In this document: positions 23,836-37,853 of the stretch, piece by piece
How positions within the stretch are numbered: the first letter of the stretch is position 1
Layout: each line of letters opens with the position of its first letter
DNA from: Cladosporium halotolerans
Taxonomy: Eukaryota
Assembly: GCF_011745625.1 (NCBI RefSeq)
Contig: NW_027191462.1
Span: 558,001-622,000 of the forward strand
Direction of reading: 5' to 3'
Length of the DNA: 64,000 nucleotides
Translations under genes and position numbers: made by a program
The notes under the pieces: generated by a model
What the model saw: only the letters and a program-made list of their open reading frames with translations
Database searches by the model: none
Told to the model about the DNA's origin: nothing

Positions 23836-25242
23836 TCAAACACCATTATTCGCACAGCTCCAAGTAGCACTACTCTCATCCTGCGAGATCGCCAACCCGC
23901 TCGCCCAAAGCCCAAGCCCGCACGATGCAGCCCCAATAATAAAACAGATCACATTGACCACCGTCAACCCCACTTTCTTCCAGTTCTTCGTCAACTGGCC
24001 CCAGTTCAGGTAAATCCACATGAACCCCGCCAGCCCGTACGTGAACCAGCTCGCGAACAGCGCCGCGATCAGCCCCACCAGGTTGTTGAACACCGGCACG
24101 CTCTCCGCGATGATCCACGCGATGATCCAGAGCACCGTCAGGATCGCCGTCCAACTGCCCCACGACAGCCATGTGCGCTCGTGCATGTGTCGCGTGCCCC
24201 GGAAGAGCCGCACGTAGACGTATTTCGACGCGACGTGCGCGTAGATCACGCCGGCCACGACGATCGTGGGGAGGGAAATGCCGTAGGTGATTTTGCGCAC
24301 GACGTGAGAGGCGGAGCCCAGCGCGGGAGAGGCGACGCTGGGGCCGGCGAAGCGGTAGATCACGACGGCCGAGATGATGTAGAGGGATGTGTTGACGAGC
24401 TGCAGGGTGTAGAGGGCTTTGGGAAATTCGCGTGGGTCTTTCAGCTCCGAGATGAAGGAGAAGAAGGCCACGTGCCCGCCGAAGGCGAAGATGATGTTCA
24501 TCACGGAGCCGAAGGCGGACGCGAAGCTGACCGCTACGGTTGCTTGGACGTGAGGGTCGGGACGTGAGATGCCGACGGAGATCATGGTGATCATGACGGC
24601 GGAGAAGATGGAGATGAAGGCGCCAATGGAGAGGTAGGAGACGTTTTTGAGCGTGCGCGGGAATGTGAGGATGGCGTGCAGGATGAGGCCGACCACACTC
24701 CAGACGATCGTGCAGGTCGCATGGCCGGTGATGGTGTTCAAGGCGATCGTCCATGTCAGAAGGTGGCTGCCCATGATGAATACCAGGTAGACGTTTTGAA
24801 GGAAGCCACCAAGTTCGCGTCCTATAGGGCCCAGGAAAATTTCTCCGACGTCTGCCATGTTGTGTACATGCGGGTATCGCATCTTGAACTGCCAGAACAC
24901 ATAGCCGGTGTAGGTAGACACGGCACCGAGACCCACAATCAGGATGATACCAGGAACCAGACCGACCGCAGCAAGGGTCGAAGGCAAAGACAGGATACCC
25001 AAGCTGATCGTTTCCGCGATCATGACGAGCGCAGCATGCCACCACTTCATCGTCCGGTATTTGACCTGCTTGTCCGTCTCATCCCCGAAGACTTCGCCTG
25101 TGTTCGCCATTCCATCATAGCCTTGCGGTTCGCCAGCATCGCGGTTGGCGTGCTTCTCTTCGTCCACGGTATGGTCTCTAGGCAAGTCGCTGTCCGTCGA
25201 GGACGGATAGCTCGCCTTGTAGATATTTCGTTCGGCCGCCAT
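23836..25242 (-). CDS. Neutral amino acid permease (Aa_trans family, Mtr-like)
   Basis: YRTMKWWHAALVMIAETISLGILSLP, FAFGGHVAFF, SPALGS; ~11 TM segments; intronless. Confidence 0.92.
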   Translation of the reverse strand: MAAERNIYKASYPSSTDSDLPRDHTVDEEKHANRDAGEPQGYDGMANTGEVFGDETDKQVKYRTMKWWHAALVMIAETISLGILSLPSTLAAVGLVPGIILIVGLGAVSTYTGYVFWQFKMRYPHVHNMADVGEIFLGPIGRELGGFLQNVYLVFIMGSHLLTWTIALNTITGHATCTIVWSVVGLILHAILTFPRTLKNVSYLSIGAFISIFSAVMITMISVGISRPDPHVQATVAVSFASAFGSVMNIIFAFGGHVAFFSFISELKDPREFPKALYTLQLVNTSLYIISAVVIYRFAGPSVASPALGSASHVVRKITYGISLPTIVVAGVIYAHVASKYVYVRLFRGTRHMHERTWLSWGSWTAILTVLWIIAWIIAESVPVFNNLVGLIAALFASWFTYGLAGFMWIYLNWGQLTKNWKKVGLTVVNVICFIIGAASCGLGLWASGLAISQDESSATWSCANNGV

Positions 25243-27233
25243 GGCTCCGTGCAACAGTCCACCTACTTCCACCAAGCCCGTCTCTTGACCCAGAGGTTCC
25301 GCCTAGGTTCTGCTCTCCAATGACCAGCCAAAATGTCGAAAGGCGTGATCGTAAGACAGTAGGCGATTTGTTAAACGACGTAACAACAACGCTCAAAAAA
25401 TGCACCTGTTAAAAAGGAAATGCGACAGGAACAGAGTCAAAGTCAAAGAGAAAGAAACATTACCAACCTACCTTCGCCCCTCGTAAAAGCATCCCACTCA
25501 CCGAGTAATACTTCGAAACAACCAAGACCCCAAACTGCTCCGCGATCGGCAACGGTGGAAGGCAGACGTTGGAAAAAAGGGCCCTTGCGGGCGTAGCCAC
25601 GCGACGGTCAAGTCACCGCCGACGCTCACGTTCCAGCATCCGACGCTAGAAGCCTTTCCGATGTGTCAGCGGTCCGTTCTGGAGGCACGTCCGCGCCTCC
25701 GATGTCCGGAGCGGTTGGTCATGGAGTATTGGCGTTCGGGCGGTGGTTGAGCCTGGACTTGAGTCTTTGCTCTTTCGCCTGAGGCTCGCGCACGTGGGGG
25801 TTTGGTTGTTGTCGCTTGCAGGATCATTGATGGGGTATCCGCCCTACGAGGCGTTGACGACAAGCCTCGAAGCCAAACGTGCGATCATGGCGCAAAGCTT
25901 GCGCGAGGGATCTGCGGTGCGGACTTGTGGCGACCTTTAGCTTTTTCTGACTGCTGGGGTGGCGTTGACGTCTTGGCTACCTTGCCGACACTCGGATTCT
26001 TGAGATGGATCATCCTTTGATAGCACGAAGGTAGACGCGGTCAATTGACACGACTGTGGTTGAAGATCTCTTGATAACTCCGGAAAACCGCTTTTGTTCC
26101 ATGATCAAAAACCGCTGGCAGTAATTAGTGCTGTCTGTCGTACGAGATCACTTTGAATGTTTGATGATCTTGGGGAGCCGGCACGCTCGGCATATATAAG
26201 ATAATATGCCACTTGCAAATGCTTGAGCAACCACTGTGAACAATCCCAAAAATTCATTGCATGTTGCCTCCCTCGCGCAACAAACAGCGACGGAAAGACG
26301 TGCAACTACATCACGTGACAAGTGATCAATCACTTACAGGCAGCCCGCAGCTAGCGCCGGGCTCGGCCGAGCCAATCAGAGACCTGGATGAGAAAACTTC
26401 CAGCATCGCATCACATGTGAACCGCAAAGATGGCGGAATGAAATCTGCTGACTTGAATTATCTTACATGCTGAGAATACCAATTCGTCGAATTGGCATTG
26501 AGCTTAAATTGATGTTTGCATCGGACGATAACTTCGTGCATCAGTTTTGGACAAATGCTATAGACTTCTAATGTCGAACAGTAGCTTATCTGTATGGCAT
26601 TGTTTCTATGGTATCATGATCGAACAGAAGGAGAGGTAGACAGTGGGATTGAGTAGCATTCATTTGACTCTTCGCTCATTCTACGAAGCTCCCATTTCTT
26701 TCACCAAGAAGCTGTACTAAATCATTCCATCGCGAGTCTACCTCCGACGCTCCAGCCAAAGTCCAGAAAATCCCGACCAACCAGCTGGTTCTCGCAACAG
26801 CACCTCCGATAAAAACCAAAGCCATGTACCGTCTGCTCTTGCCCTCCAAGAGCAGATACAGCGAGAATCATCCACAGAAATAGCAAAGAGTACAAGAACA
26901 CGCAAGAAGCAAGATTGACAGAGAGTAAAGTGGGAAGAGAAAGGGAGGAAATCCGCTCGAAAGCAAATTCAATGTCGATCGGTCGGAAAGGAGTAAATTC
27001 ACAAAGGGGGCTTGTGTGTAAAAGCAATGTGCAAGAAAAAAGAAGTCGAGCGAATCAACCAGAACAACCAAACAAATCCGAGGTACCCGGGGTATAGAGC
27101 CTTTTTTTCTTTCTCCCTTTCCCATCCCCACCCTTTCATTCAGGGCGGTCAAAACAATGGCGAGAATGCCTCCAGCTTCGCTTGAAATCCCCTCGCCAGC
27201 TTAATGTGCAATCCGCTTCCTTACTCGATATTC

Positions 27234-30200
27234 CTAATTCGCAGTTAGACTCTCCGGGCTGAGCATAGCGCCGTCGGCATGGCCGTCGCCCTTCTCTGGT
27301 TCGGCGCCGTTCTCCCTCGCATCTGGCATCTGCAGCTTGAGTTTGCCGACCGGCGGCGCGAGCTTCGAATCCTCTTCCAGCTTGCGCTTCTTCTTTGCCG
27401 CCTGCTGCTGTTCGCGAATGGGTCGCTTGCGAGGCGATGAGATCTTGCCGGTGGGCGGCAGGCGGGGCTTGGGAAAGCGTTGCTTCTGCGGGAGGTCTTC
27501 GTCTTCGACGAGAGTCTCGTCGTGATTCTTGCGCAGCTTTTCCCGGAAGAAATCTTGCACCAGCCCGATGTGGTTGGGGAGGGTTTCGACGCTGATGGCG
27601 TCGTAGGCGGGCGGTGGAGTGAAGAGCATGCCTGTCGCGGAGACTGGGCCTTGGTTCTGTGCCTGGTAGCCGCTGTGGAGGCGGTTTTGGAGCAGATGTA
27701 AGGGCACGCTGAGGGTTTCGAGCCCCAGTTCGTCGGCCAGACCGAGCTCGCGGAAGCCGAAGAAGTCTTCGTCCAGATCTTCCGCGAAGTCACCTCCGAC
27801 AAATTGTTCGCTGCCATCGTTGAAGGCGCCGACGCCGTCGGCTCCTGCATGGTCGCCAAGAGCAGGTCGCTGTCATGTGTAAGTAAAGGTATTTTGCGGA
27901 GTGCGGATTCGTTATGCCACTTACCAACAAGTCCGCAAGGTGCGCCTTCATCCTCTCGTGCACCACACTCAACTTGGTCGTCAACCTCTCAACGTCGTCC
28001 TTAACGTAAGTTTCCAGGCCTTCCAAATCGATGCCACTTTCATGCAGCGAATGCAAGACTTGCTCTTCGTAGTTGAATTTCGGCGTCACGGCGTCAATCT
28101 TCGGCTGCTCACGAAAGCAGTTAAAATTCTCGGCGAGCTTCCTGAAATACTCTCCAGCGACGTCCGTCACAGCATCAAGTGCAGAAGGCTGGAAGTCCTC
28201 GAAGCCAGCGTGGTAGAAGACCTTACCAACCGAGCGCTTCAAAGCCGCGCGGCAGACCCAAGGGGCCATGAGCGGTCCTTCCTCACTGACAACGACGGGA
28301 CCAATGTCGGCTTCTGCAAAAGGCTCCGGGTCGTATTTCTGGAATTGATTCTGGTACGTCTGAGCTTGAATTTGCATCTGCTTGACAATGCCAATTTTTG
28401 CGCAGATCTTTCGAGTCTCTTGCATTTGCCGGATGTTGCCTTCGATTCTCCCGGCGAGGGCGCCACCAGGGGTTCTGAAGGTGTCTTTGGGGAACATGCG
28501 CATGTATTCCTCGGTCTGAGGGACCACGTAGCCTTCAGAGTCGGTGATCCAGGCCCAGTTGGAGTTCATGTCAGGGATCGAGGAGAGAGGGTGGTAATAG
28601 TCAGGCAATGTTGAGTCCTCATCCTTTTCGATACCTTCGGCGAGGGTTTCACTTGTCGCTCCAACGCCATCGTCCGCAGCATCATCGGCATCTTGTGCTG
28701 ACTTGTCGGCCGAGAGCATCTTTTGCTGTCGCATCCAACGCCTCATGCCAGCTTTACTGCGCAATATCGCTGGCTCATCAGGGTTCAAATGCTCGCCACG
28801 GAACAACCGATTCCGCTCAGCGGCAGCAGCTGCGCGATCTTTCATGGTGACCTGCTTCCACGTCTTGAAGTCTGCATCATCCTCATCCGCATCCTCTTGC
28901 TGAGTTCCGAGCGCGGAGCCTCCAATGCCGTCAATTTCCATTACATCGGCCTGACTACCGTGTGCACCACTGCCACCGTTCATACCTGGTGTAGAAGTGC
29001 CGGCAGGAGGAGGCGTATTGAAGCCGGCGGAGCTCACATCCTGGGCTTCAGAGTCGGCGCGCAAATACTCATTGCGCAAACCCGAAGCAGACGCATGTAT
29101 AGGAGGTTTGGTGTCAGGTTGTGGTGTTGATTGATCGTCTACCTCCACAGAGGGAGGTGCTTTGCGAGCAGCGGAAGGCCCGCTCTTGCCACCCTTCTTA
29201 GGAGCTTTCCGACCACGAGATGCCATGATTGGCTCGTCCTCCTCGTCACTCTCATCCGCCTCTGCAGCTCTCGCGCGTCGCTCTTCTGCTTCAAGCTCTG
29301 CGCGGTCTCTGACGGTGATGTCCGGAATGAGAGGTGTGAGTTTGTCCGTTTCCTTTCGCATATGCAACGCTTTCCGTCGGATTGGCAGCTCTGGTGCAGT
29401 GTTGTATTTGAGACAGTTGTTCCAGATAAGGCTAAGGTCGTCGACGAATTCTTTCTTGCTCTTGTAGGTAAACTGTTTGAGTTTCTTGATCATAGTGCCG
29501 ATGTCCATGGGAGTTTTGATGACATTGTAGTAATCGGGTGCTTCACGCTTGCTGACACGCTGCAAGAAAGGTTGTACCGAGTCCGTCTGGGCCTTGAGTT
29601 CCATAAGCACCTTTTCTGCCGCCTCATACAGCTCTTCCTGACCAACGCGATCTTCACTTGCCCACTTGCTTCGCCCTTTGCGCACTTCTGAAATCAAAGT
29701 GCGGAGCTGGTTATCTGATGCTCGCACCATGTCTCTCTTCAAGTCAATTCGGGCAATGAGATGCTTGAGGGTCAAGCTTGACGCGCCTAGGTCTGCGCTG
29801 CCGAGTGTGCCTTGGGTAGTAGCCGCAGGCGCGGATGTCGCTTGCGCGTTGGGAGACGCGTTCGTATCCCCAGAGATCTCGTTTTCCACCTCGCGATCCA
29901 GTTCATCCAGCTTTTGTTGTTCCAGCATGGCGTCTCTATCATTTTCAAAGGTAAAGAACATAGTCTGGAACGCCCGCTTGGCATTTTCCGCGGCGGCCTG
30001 CTTGTCTTCCTCCAGTTGTTTGCGCACATCTTCCGAGCTCTTCGCCTGCTCAGTTGATGCAGAGGTATTTGTTCGCGCGATATGTGGGAGGCTGGCCGGC
30101 GCGGGAGACCGCATGGCGGCGGGGATGACACCATTGGGCAACGCGGCCTTTCCCTTCGTCTTGAGCGGGCTCTGCTGTTCGGCTTCATCCTCATCCTCAT

Positions 30201-30582
30201 CGTCGTCGTCTCCATAGTCGTCCTCATCGATGGTCCTGGCCGCTTTCTTCGGCGGAGCAGAAGTCTTGGCACTGTCATCGGGCCCGGGCTGGGTAGGCGC
30301 ATGAGCTTCCGAGGGCGATGGCGCAGCGGTCCGCGCGCGTTGTCCATCGTGTCCGAAGAGCGCGGCGATGTCGGTTTCGGCCTGGGCGAAGCGCGCCTTC
30401 AGCATAATCTGCACCGGGTCGTCCTCGCGCTCCTCCTCATCTCCGGGCGCGGCGGGCGCGCCAAGACTGCCGGCGGCGGAGGCATCTCTGCTCAGGCTGG
30501 GAGCGCGACGGGCGAAGCCATTGAGCGCAGAGGCGGCGCGGTGCAGACCATTAGGGAGAGGGCGCTGGGGTGTCTGGCTCAT
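27234..30582 (-). CDS. SPT7: SAGA complex subunit Spt7 (bromodomain + histone fold)
   Basis: [18 protein letters not shown], bromodomain [15 protein letters not shown]...PMDIGT...[19 protein letters not shown]; intron 27870-27924; C-terminal [11 protein letters not shown]. Confidence 0.93.
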
Positions 30583-30998
30583 CGCCGGCGAGAGGGGCGC
30601 GCGATGTCGATCAGGCAAGGCGAGCGCAAGGATGCTGCGCCCGGGTGCTCGCAGTGCGTCGCAATGTTGGGACCATTGAAATGCGCGGCGCGAGACGGAG
30701 CGGACGGGGGCGTCGCGGTGATGGCGGCGACGACGTGGTGATGGCGGGCGACGGCTCTCTGCGCTCTCGTAGGCGACGTGACGTTGGGTGTTGGCGCGGA
30801 GGGCAGCACGGGGCGGGCGCGGAAGTGTGGAGAGCTGCTGGAGGTTGCGTGCGCTAGCAGAGTGAGCTGCGCGCTGGAGACGATCAAGTGTCTCGCGGGC
30901 GGCCGGTGTCGTTCAATTGCACTCTACTACACCTTCTAACCGAAATACCACGGCAAAACCTGCAACATACACGGCGCCGGTCGGAGATGCACCTGCTC

Positions 30999-31827
30999 AT
31001 GCCGCAAATACGCGTGCGCAAGCCGTTCGCCGGTGCGTCCATTTCGAAACGCAGTCCAGCAAGAGAGACACCGCTAACCAATGCTGATCTACAGCTGCCT
31101 TCGTCGCCCTCTGTCTGGCCGCCGCATACTTGGGCCTCACTCCTAACAAGATCCCTCAATATGGCCAGAGCGACAAAGGCCTGCATTTTGTCACCTTCTT
31201 CCTCTTGACCGTAAGCCTTCCTCGCCTGCACACCGCCGTCTTCACAACCGCACAACCGCATCCCTCCCGCCGCAGGGCCTCACCGTCCCGCGGCCCACCC
31301 CCGACTACACATCCTCCTACTACTCCAATCTCGAAATCAAGAACACTAATCCGCCCACCCAGGTTTCCTTCTACTGGATCCTCGAGACCTCCCGCCGCCG
31401 CCTCATCCACCTGACCCTCCTCTTCATAACCGGCTTCCTGGCCATCGGCTCCGAGATCCTGCAGGCGCTCCTGCCCAACGACCGCGACTTCGACCCCTTC
31501 GACATCCTCGCCAACGTCGTCGGCTCCGGCCTCGCTCTCGCCCTCTGCTCCTGGTACCACCGCCGCATGCTCGAGCGCCGCCGCCGCAATAAGCACTACG
31601 ATGCTGTGCCGGCTGACGAGGAGCCGGATCTTGAGCTCGGCGAGGGTGTGGGGTTGGGGCAGCAGGAGACGGGGAGGGTTGAGGGCGAGGGTGAGGCGCA
31701 GGCGGGTGAGGGCGCGAAGAGAACGGTTACGGAGGAGTTGGATAATTGGGATGAGAATGCGGAGGACGAGTGGGAGGAGGCTGGGGAGGAGCAGAACAAG
31801 GGTCCAGAGGGGAGCGGGAAGAAGTGA
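30999..31827 (+). CDS. VanZ-like family membrane protein, 3 exons
   Basis: Spliced: AYLGL...SDKGLHFVTFFLLT|VSFYWILETSRRR...GSEILQALLPNDRDFDPFDILANVVGS; acidic tail; alternative in-frame ATG at 30987. Confidence 0.82.
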
Positions 31828-32113
31828 GTGTGTGAGCGGTAGAGGGAACGGGATTGGGAGGGAAAACGAAGATGAAAGAAGCTAATTGCATGTATTATGA
31901 TCATTAATGGCTTGAATGAACGACTGTACGGGTATCATCATTTTCAGTCGTCGTTTTCCTTTCATTTCCATTTTTCCCGCCTGGAAACTCCGCTGTCCGA
32001 AATCGCTTCGGCAAAAGCTCATTGCCACTGAGAGACCAAAAAGAGAAGAGCAGAGATCACCGGTTCCCAACACATTAACCATTTCATCATAAACGGAGCA
32101 ACGCCAAACTCCA

Positions 32114-32911
32114 TCACCCAACACCCTCAAACCTGACAGCTCTCCGCTGCCCTTCTGCGCCACCACTCGCATCCAACGAACAGCCCTGCCGCTTCTCGAA
32201 CCGTCTCTGCCTCGCCTCCTTTGCCTCACGTGCCCGCCAAGCGCTTACCTGCTGCTTGCGCTTCTGGCTGCGAGCCTGAGCGATTGCGGGCGTCGGCCGG
32301 AAACCAATGCCATTGATGCCTTCACCGTCGTCGCCGAGGGAAGCGTCGATCTCGTGACCTGTGATCTCGGAGTCTTGCCACGTCATGGATGTGGCGTCGT
32401 TGGCGGCTGGGTTGTGGGTTGGTGAGGTGATGGGTGAGGTCGAGGTCAGAGTGAAGGGTGATACTTGGGCTTGAGGTGGCGGAGGTGGCGAGCGCATTCT
32501 TTTAGGGCTGGGTTTGATTTTGGATGATGTGTTTGCTGGAGTTGATGATTCTGCGTGGTGAGCTAGGGGTGAAGGCGTGGATGGGCGAGCGAATTCGAAC
32601 TTGCAGCCGGGCGTCTCTGCGATTTCCACGGTGGGAGATTTGGCGCGGTTGAGAGCCAGAGTTTGATGATACGAGCGATTTGGCGTCATGTCGGTTGCAG
32701 TAGTTTCATTGTTACGATCGCGGTCTTCGGTAACAATAGTCTTCTTCAGTCGTTTTCGCGGACCCTCTTCGGATTGATCGATGTCGAGCGCCTGAAACCT
32801 CTCGGCCACCTTGCTCCGTGGACTATCGCACTTCGCCTCGGAAACGCCGTCGCCATTGTCAGGTTTGGAAACATTCATATTGAGAGTGGGCACCCGTTCC
32901 CGGAATGTCAT
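32114..32911 (-). CDS. Conserved fungal hypothetical protein (start uncertain)
   Basis: C-terminal block WQDSEITGH...DDGEGINGIGFRPTPAIAQARSQKRKQQVSAWRAREAKEAR resembles a conserved ascomycete protein of unknown function. Confidence 0.7.
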   Translation of the reverse strand: MTFRERVPTLNMNVSKPDNGDGVSEAKCDSPRSKVAERFQALDIDQSEEGPRKRLKKTIVTEDRDRNNETTATDMTPNRSYHQTLALNRAKSPTVEIAETPGCKFEFARPSTPSPLAHHAESSTPANTSSKIKPSPKRMRSPPPPPQAQVSPFTLTSTSPITSPTHNPAANDATSMTWQDSEITGHEIDASLGDDGEGINGIGFRPTPAIAQARSQKRKQQVSAWRAREAKEARQRRFEKRQGCSLDASGGAEGQRRAVRFEGVG

Positions 32912-34561
32912 AGCTTCGGCGACGGTGCGTTTGGGCGACTTGCAGGCAGCGGTAGCGGACGAGCAGCTACAGGGAGTTGGGGTCGACGTGCAGTCAGGTG
33001 AGCAAGGGCTAGATTGTCGATGGCGCTGGTGCGCGCATTCGAGGCAAGGAATCCGTGCGCGGTAGATGTTGGCAGTCTGCTGCGGGAGATGAGGCTGGCC
33101 CTCCGTGAGACCTGTGAGGTTGGACGGCGGGAGTGGCGTGGAGAGTGGGATGTGCTGCTTGGAAGTGGGGCAGACGCAGGCGCAGGCAGTCGCAGGCTGG
33201 TTTGCTGCTCAGGCTCAGGCCAGCCGATCCGACGGCCAACTGCACGGTGATTGATTGACAGATACGCGAGAATATCACATGCTTGCCATCTGTGCTTGCT
33301 GGTGCCCCAATGCCACCATTACCGCTCACTCGCTAGAGGCATCGGTGAGGCTGACGACTTATCGCATGGCGTCCTGGAGCAGTGCACAAGTCACCTCACC
33401 CTTCATTGTCCTGATCAAGCGAGCATGTTCAGCAACCCCGGATCACAAGGCGCGGCGTCACACAAATGATGGCCGCATCTGCACGTGATTGCCAATCTAT
33501 CCACAGCTCCCCTATGATCTGAGTGCAAGGATGTCTGGACGTCGCTGCGACTTTGCTGCTATGGGACGCTCCGGCGGAGGAACGCAACCGGCGAGGCCAC
33601 AACACCAAGCGCGCGGCTCCGGCGTGCTTGCACGTGCTGCGGTGATTTAGCCTGTTCTAGACGCCTTCAAGTCAAGACGACGTCCCATCCTCAGTCGGAT
33701 GTACCCTCATCACGTCCGCCTCGCTTCTGTGGGCTGCTGGGAACCGCATCCACCGTTCTGCCCTCCCGAAGATGAGCCGCGCAGTGCAGCAGGAATAATG
33801 CACCGAAGACGACAGGCGCCCAAGGTGGACGCAAGGCCGTGCAGCGGTTGGAGCAGACGCGTGTCCGGCACCGTGGCAGAGATCCCGTTCGCTGCAAGCC
33901 AGCGCGAGCGACAGCCTGCAGGGACTGAGTCGCCGCCCTGCGGCATCGCGCGGTATGGCCGCGACTGGCAATGGTCGGAGCAATAGCAGTGATGCTCATG
34001 CCTGGCCAGCCTGGGGGATCCCCGCGCCCGCAGTGCGTCTCCGGCATCCCAGACATCGGCATCGCTTGGCCAAGGCTGCGCCCGCGCGCTGCTCACGGCA
34101 TTCGGGCCTCCATCGCGAGCGCGTGTGGGGTTGATGCTTCGGAGCCTCCACCTCTCGCTTTTACCCAGCTGCTCTCATGACGACCCCAGCGCATCCGCTC
34201 CAGGGCCAACGCCTTTCCAGCCTCTGCCGCCGGCCGCCTGCCAATAGACACAGGGCCAGGCCTCTTATCCAGTCCCAAGCATTGCGGCGCATGCACCGCG
34301 GCCTTTGCCTCCAAATGGGTGGGCCGCCTCACGTGTGGCGGCGCGTGTCAATCAATGCGAAGCGGAACGGGACCAGAGCCTCCGGCTATACCTTCACGCT
34401 GATGTCTTAAATGTGCTGCCTGTCCGCCTCGTCGTGTATCCTTTCGAGGTAGTCTCACGTCCTCTTGTTGCTGCTTGGCTCTGCGTGGTGGGTATATTTA
34501 CACTCGCTTGGCCTGTGACACCCTCCAGCTCATTCAGCAACATTGCTACCACTTTTCAACC

Positions 34562-37167
34562 ATGCCTGCCGCCTCGCTCCCTGAGAAACAAATTCTGAAC
34601 GGCAACTCAAAATCAGCAAAAGATTTCGATGTTGATGATGTGCTCAAAAGGCTTACCACACCGGAGAAGATTTCCCTCATCTCTGGAACCGACTTCTGGC
34701 ACACTGCTTCGGTACACAGACTAGGCATTCCAGCGATCCGGACAACAGATGGTCCCAACGGTGTCAGAGGTACCAGGTTCTTCGACGGAGTCCCGGCGGC
34801 ATGCTTGCCTTGCGGTAAGGCTTTTTGTGAATTTCATACACACACGGACCGTCAGCTCACGCCAATTTAGGTACTGCCCTTGCAGCAACATGGGATGTCG
34901 ACCTCATTCGACAGGGTGGCGAACTGCAAGGCAAAGAAGCCATTGCAAAAGGCGCATCCGTGATTCTCGGACCGACCACCAACATGCAGCGCTCACCCTT
35001 GGGAGGCAGAGGCTTCGAGTCTTTCAGCGAGGATCCAGTCTTGGCCGGTCAGATGTCCATCGCTACCGTGAAAGGCATCCAATCGACAGGCGTTGCCGCC
35101 ACTCTGAAGCACTACGCTTGCAACGACTTGGAAGACAAGCGTCTCTCGAGCAACAGCATCGTCACGGAGCGAGCCCTTCGGGAGATCTACCTGATGCCCT
35201 TCCAGATGGCGCAGAGGGACGCAAAGCCCATGTGCTTTATGACTGCCTACAACCTCGTCAATGGTACCCACGCAAGCGAGAGCCCGAAATTGTTGCAGCA
35301 GATTCTCAGGGATGAGTGGGGATTCGACGGCATGGTCATGTCGGATTGGTTCGGAGTGTATTCAACTTCGGAGTCGATCAAAGCCGGTCTGGATTTGGAA
35401 ATGCCGGGCCCGACTTATGTTCGCGGAGCACAGGTTGACCTTGCTCTGAGGTGCGGCAAGCTGCTCATTCACCATATCGATGCTAGGGTGAAGGAGGTGC
35501 TGAAGTTGGTGAAAAGGGTTATGCCACTTGGTATCCCTGAAGATGCGGAAGAGCGAACCATTGATTCTCCGGAAACAGCCGCTCTGCTGCGCAAGCTTGC
35601 ATCGGAGTCCACGGTGCTGATGAAGAATGAGAAGAACGTCCTCCCTTTCAGCAAGGAGAAGACCACTGCTGTTATTGGACCTAATGGTGCATTTGCTGCT
35701 TACTGCGGTGGTGGCTCTGCAGCACTCCCAGCATACTACACCGTCACGCCCTACGAAGGTGTCAAAGCCAAAGTGCCAAACGCAGAGTACGAGCTTGGTG
35801 TCCCGGCGTGGAAGAGAATGCCTCTGCTTTCGAACATGACCAAGACCGAAGGCGGCAAGCAAGGCCTAAGCATGAAGTTCTTCCTTGACCCACCGTCAGT
35901 AAAAGGCAGGCAGCCCGTCGACCAACTGAGGGTGCGTGATAGCTACATCCACCTGTCAGACTACAAGCATCCCCGCATTGCTACCGACCTCTTCTGGTGC
36001 GACTTCGACGGCAAGTTCACTCCGAGCGAGACGGCGGAGTACGAATTCAGCTGCTCTGTCGCTGGAACCGCCAAAGTCTTCGTCGATGGCGAGCTGGTCG
36101 TGGACAACATGACCAAGCAGCGCCCGGGTGACTCGTTCTTCGGAATCGGCACTGTCGAAGAGATTGGATCAATCCATTTGGAAGGCGGCCGTGAATACAA
36201 CGTCCACGTCGACTTCGGCACCATGCCCACCCTGACCTACAAGAAAGATGGTGTCACCGCTTTCGGCGCCGGCGGCGTTCGACTAGGCTGCTACCGCAAG
36301 ATCTGCTTCGAGACCGAAGTCGCCCGCGCCGTCGCCCTGGCCAAGAAAGTTGACCAAGTCATCCTATGCGCTGGCCTGAATGGCGACTGGGAATCTGAAG
36401 GCTACGACCGTCCCCACATGGACCTCCCTCCGGGCTCTGACGAGCTCATCAAAGCCGTCCTCGCCGCCAATCCCAACACCGCCGTCATCATCCAGTCTGG
36501 CACGCCCGTCACCATGCCTTGGCGCGACCAGGCGGCCGCTCTCGTGCAAGCCTGGTACGGCGGCAACGAGACAGGCAACGCGATCGCCGACGTCGTCTTC
36601 GGCGACGTCAACCCCAGCGGCAAACTACCGCTCTCCTTCCCCGTTCGCAACGAAGACAACCCCGCTTTCCTCAACTACGTCTCCGATGACAACCGCGTCC
36701 TCTACGGCGAAGACGTCTACGTTGGGTACCGCTTCTACGACAAGACCAAGCGTGCTCCGGCCTTCCCTTTCGGCCATGGCTTGAGTTACACTACTTTCTC
36801 CCTCTCTGACCTCCGAATCACTTCTGAAGAAGACGAAGACCTCCTCATCTCCCTCACAGTAACCAACACCGGCACCTTCCCCGGCGCCGAAGTTGTCCAA
36901 GCCTACATCTCGCCGCGCGCGCCCAGCATCGCGCGCCCGGTCAAGGAGCTCAAGGGTTTCACGAAACTCTTCTTGGCAGCTGGCGAGCGCGGCTCGGCTG
37001 AGATCCGCATCCCGCGCAAGTACGCGACGAGCTTCTACCACGAGGGCCGCGGCGCGTGGGCGAGCGAGAAGGGAGTTTACGATGTGCTGGTTGGCACTTC
37101 GAGTGCGGAGTTGCCGCTGAGGGGAGAATTCGACGTGCGGGAGACGACGTACTGGACTGGGCTTTGA
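34562..37167 (+). CDS. GH3 beta-glucosidase with PA14 and Fn3-like domains (intracellular type)
   Basis: [23 protein letters not shown], nucleophile [21 protein letters not shown]; intron 34815-34870; no signal peptide. Confidence 0.95.
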
Positions 37168-37853
37168 GGTATGAGATTGGGAGAGGGGGAAGCTGGTTGA
37201 AGACTGAGCAGCAGTTTGTCTTTGCTCTTTCTCCCAAAGAAGAGGATTATTTGATCCGGTTGCTTCGGGCTTGTTTCTGTGGGCGGTCCATCTCACGATT
37301 TTGACGATCTCTTTTTGTCTCGTCCGTGGACGTTGTCTTTCTTCGCGTCTCGAACACAGATTTCTTGGCCCTTTTGCGGGTGCGAAGCACGACGCTTATT
37401 TGTGATAGAATCATGGTATGATCGGATTTAGGTTGAGCTGCAACTCTCATTCCTTTCTTGCCGTTACACTTCTCATCTGACAGTTGTTGACCGCGACGAT
37501 TTGGTAGGTTGGAAAGGTGCACGGGAGACTTCTTCAACAAGAGAAGGAAGCTCGCGTGATATGGCATACGAAATACAGTGAACAACTTAACGTTCCTTAC
37601 AGTAGTTTGAGTCTTTGAACACGTGACTTACGCCACCCCACCGACAAAATCAAGCTTGCAAAAACAGAAAAGGTGTTATTGAAGAATTGAGAAAGCGAAC
37701 TACGAACGCTCCACAACTGGCCATGCCAAAGTTTTCCCTCCCATCTTGTTCATTCCGTTCGTTTGCTAAAGCCGCGACTTGTGACCGCCTATCCATGTCT
37801 TTCTACCCTGTCTATCGTGAAAACGTCCATCCATTACAACGCCTAGCGATTCT

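Noticed and set aside
26468..26500. CTGAGAATACC resembling the TPP riboswitch core, followed by palindrome CCAATTCG-T-CGAATTGG
   Set aside because: The downstream TGAT...TAAT...GCG P4/P5 elements are absent and no thiamine gene or host intron is evident; a single short palindrome is unremarkable.
30999..31827. VanZ-like gene as antibiotic-resistance determinant
   Set aside because: Conserved intron-containing fungal membrane-protein family; the name reflects only domain similarity.
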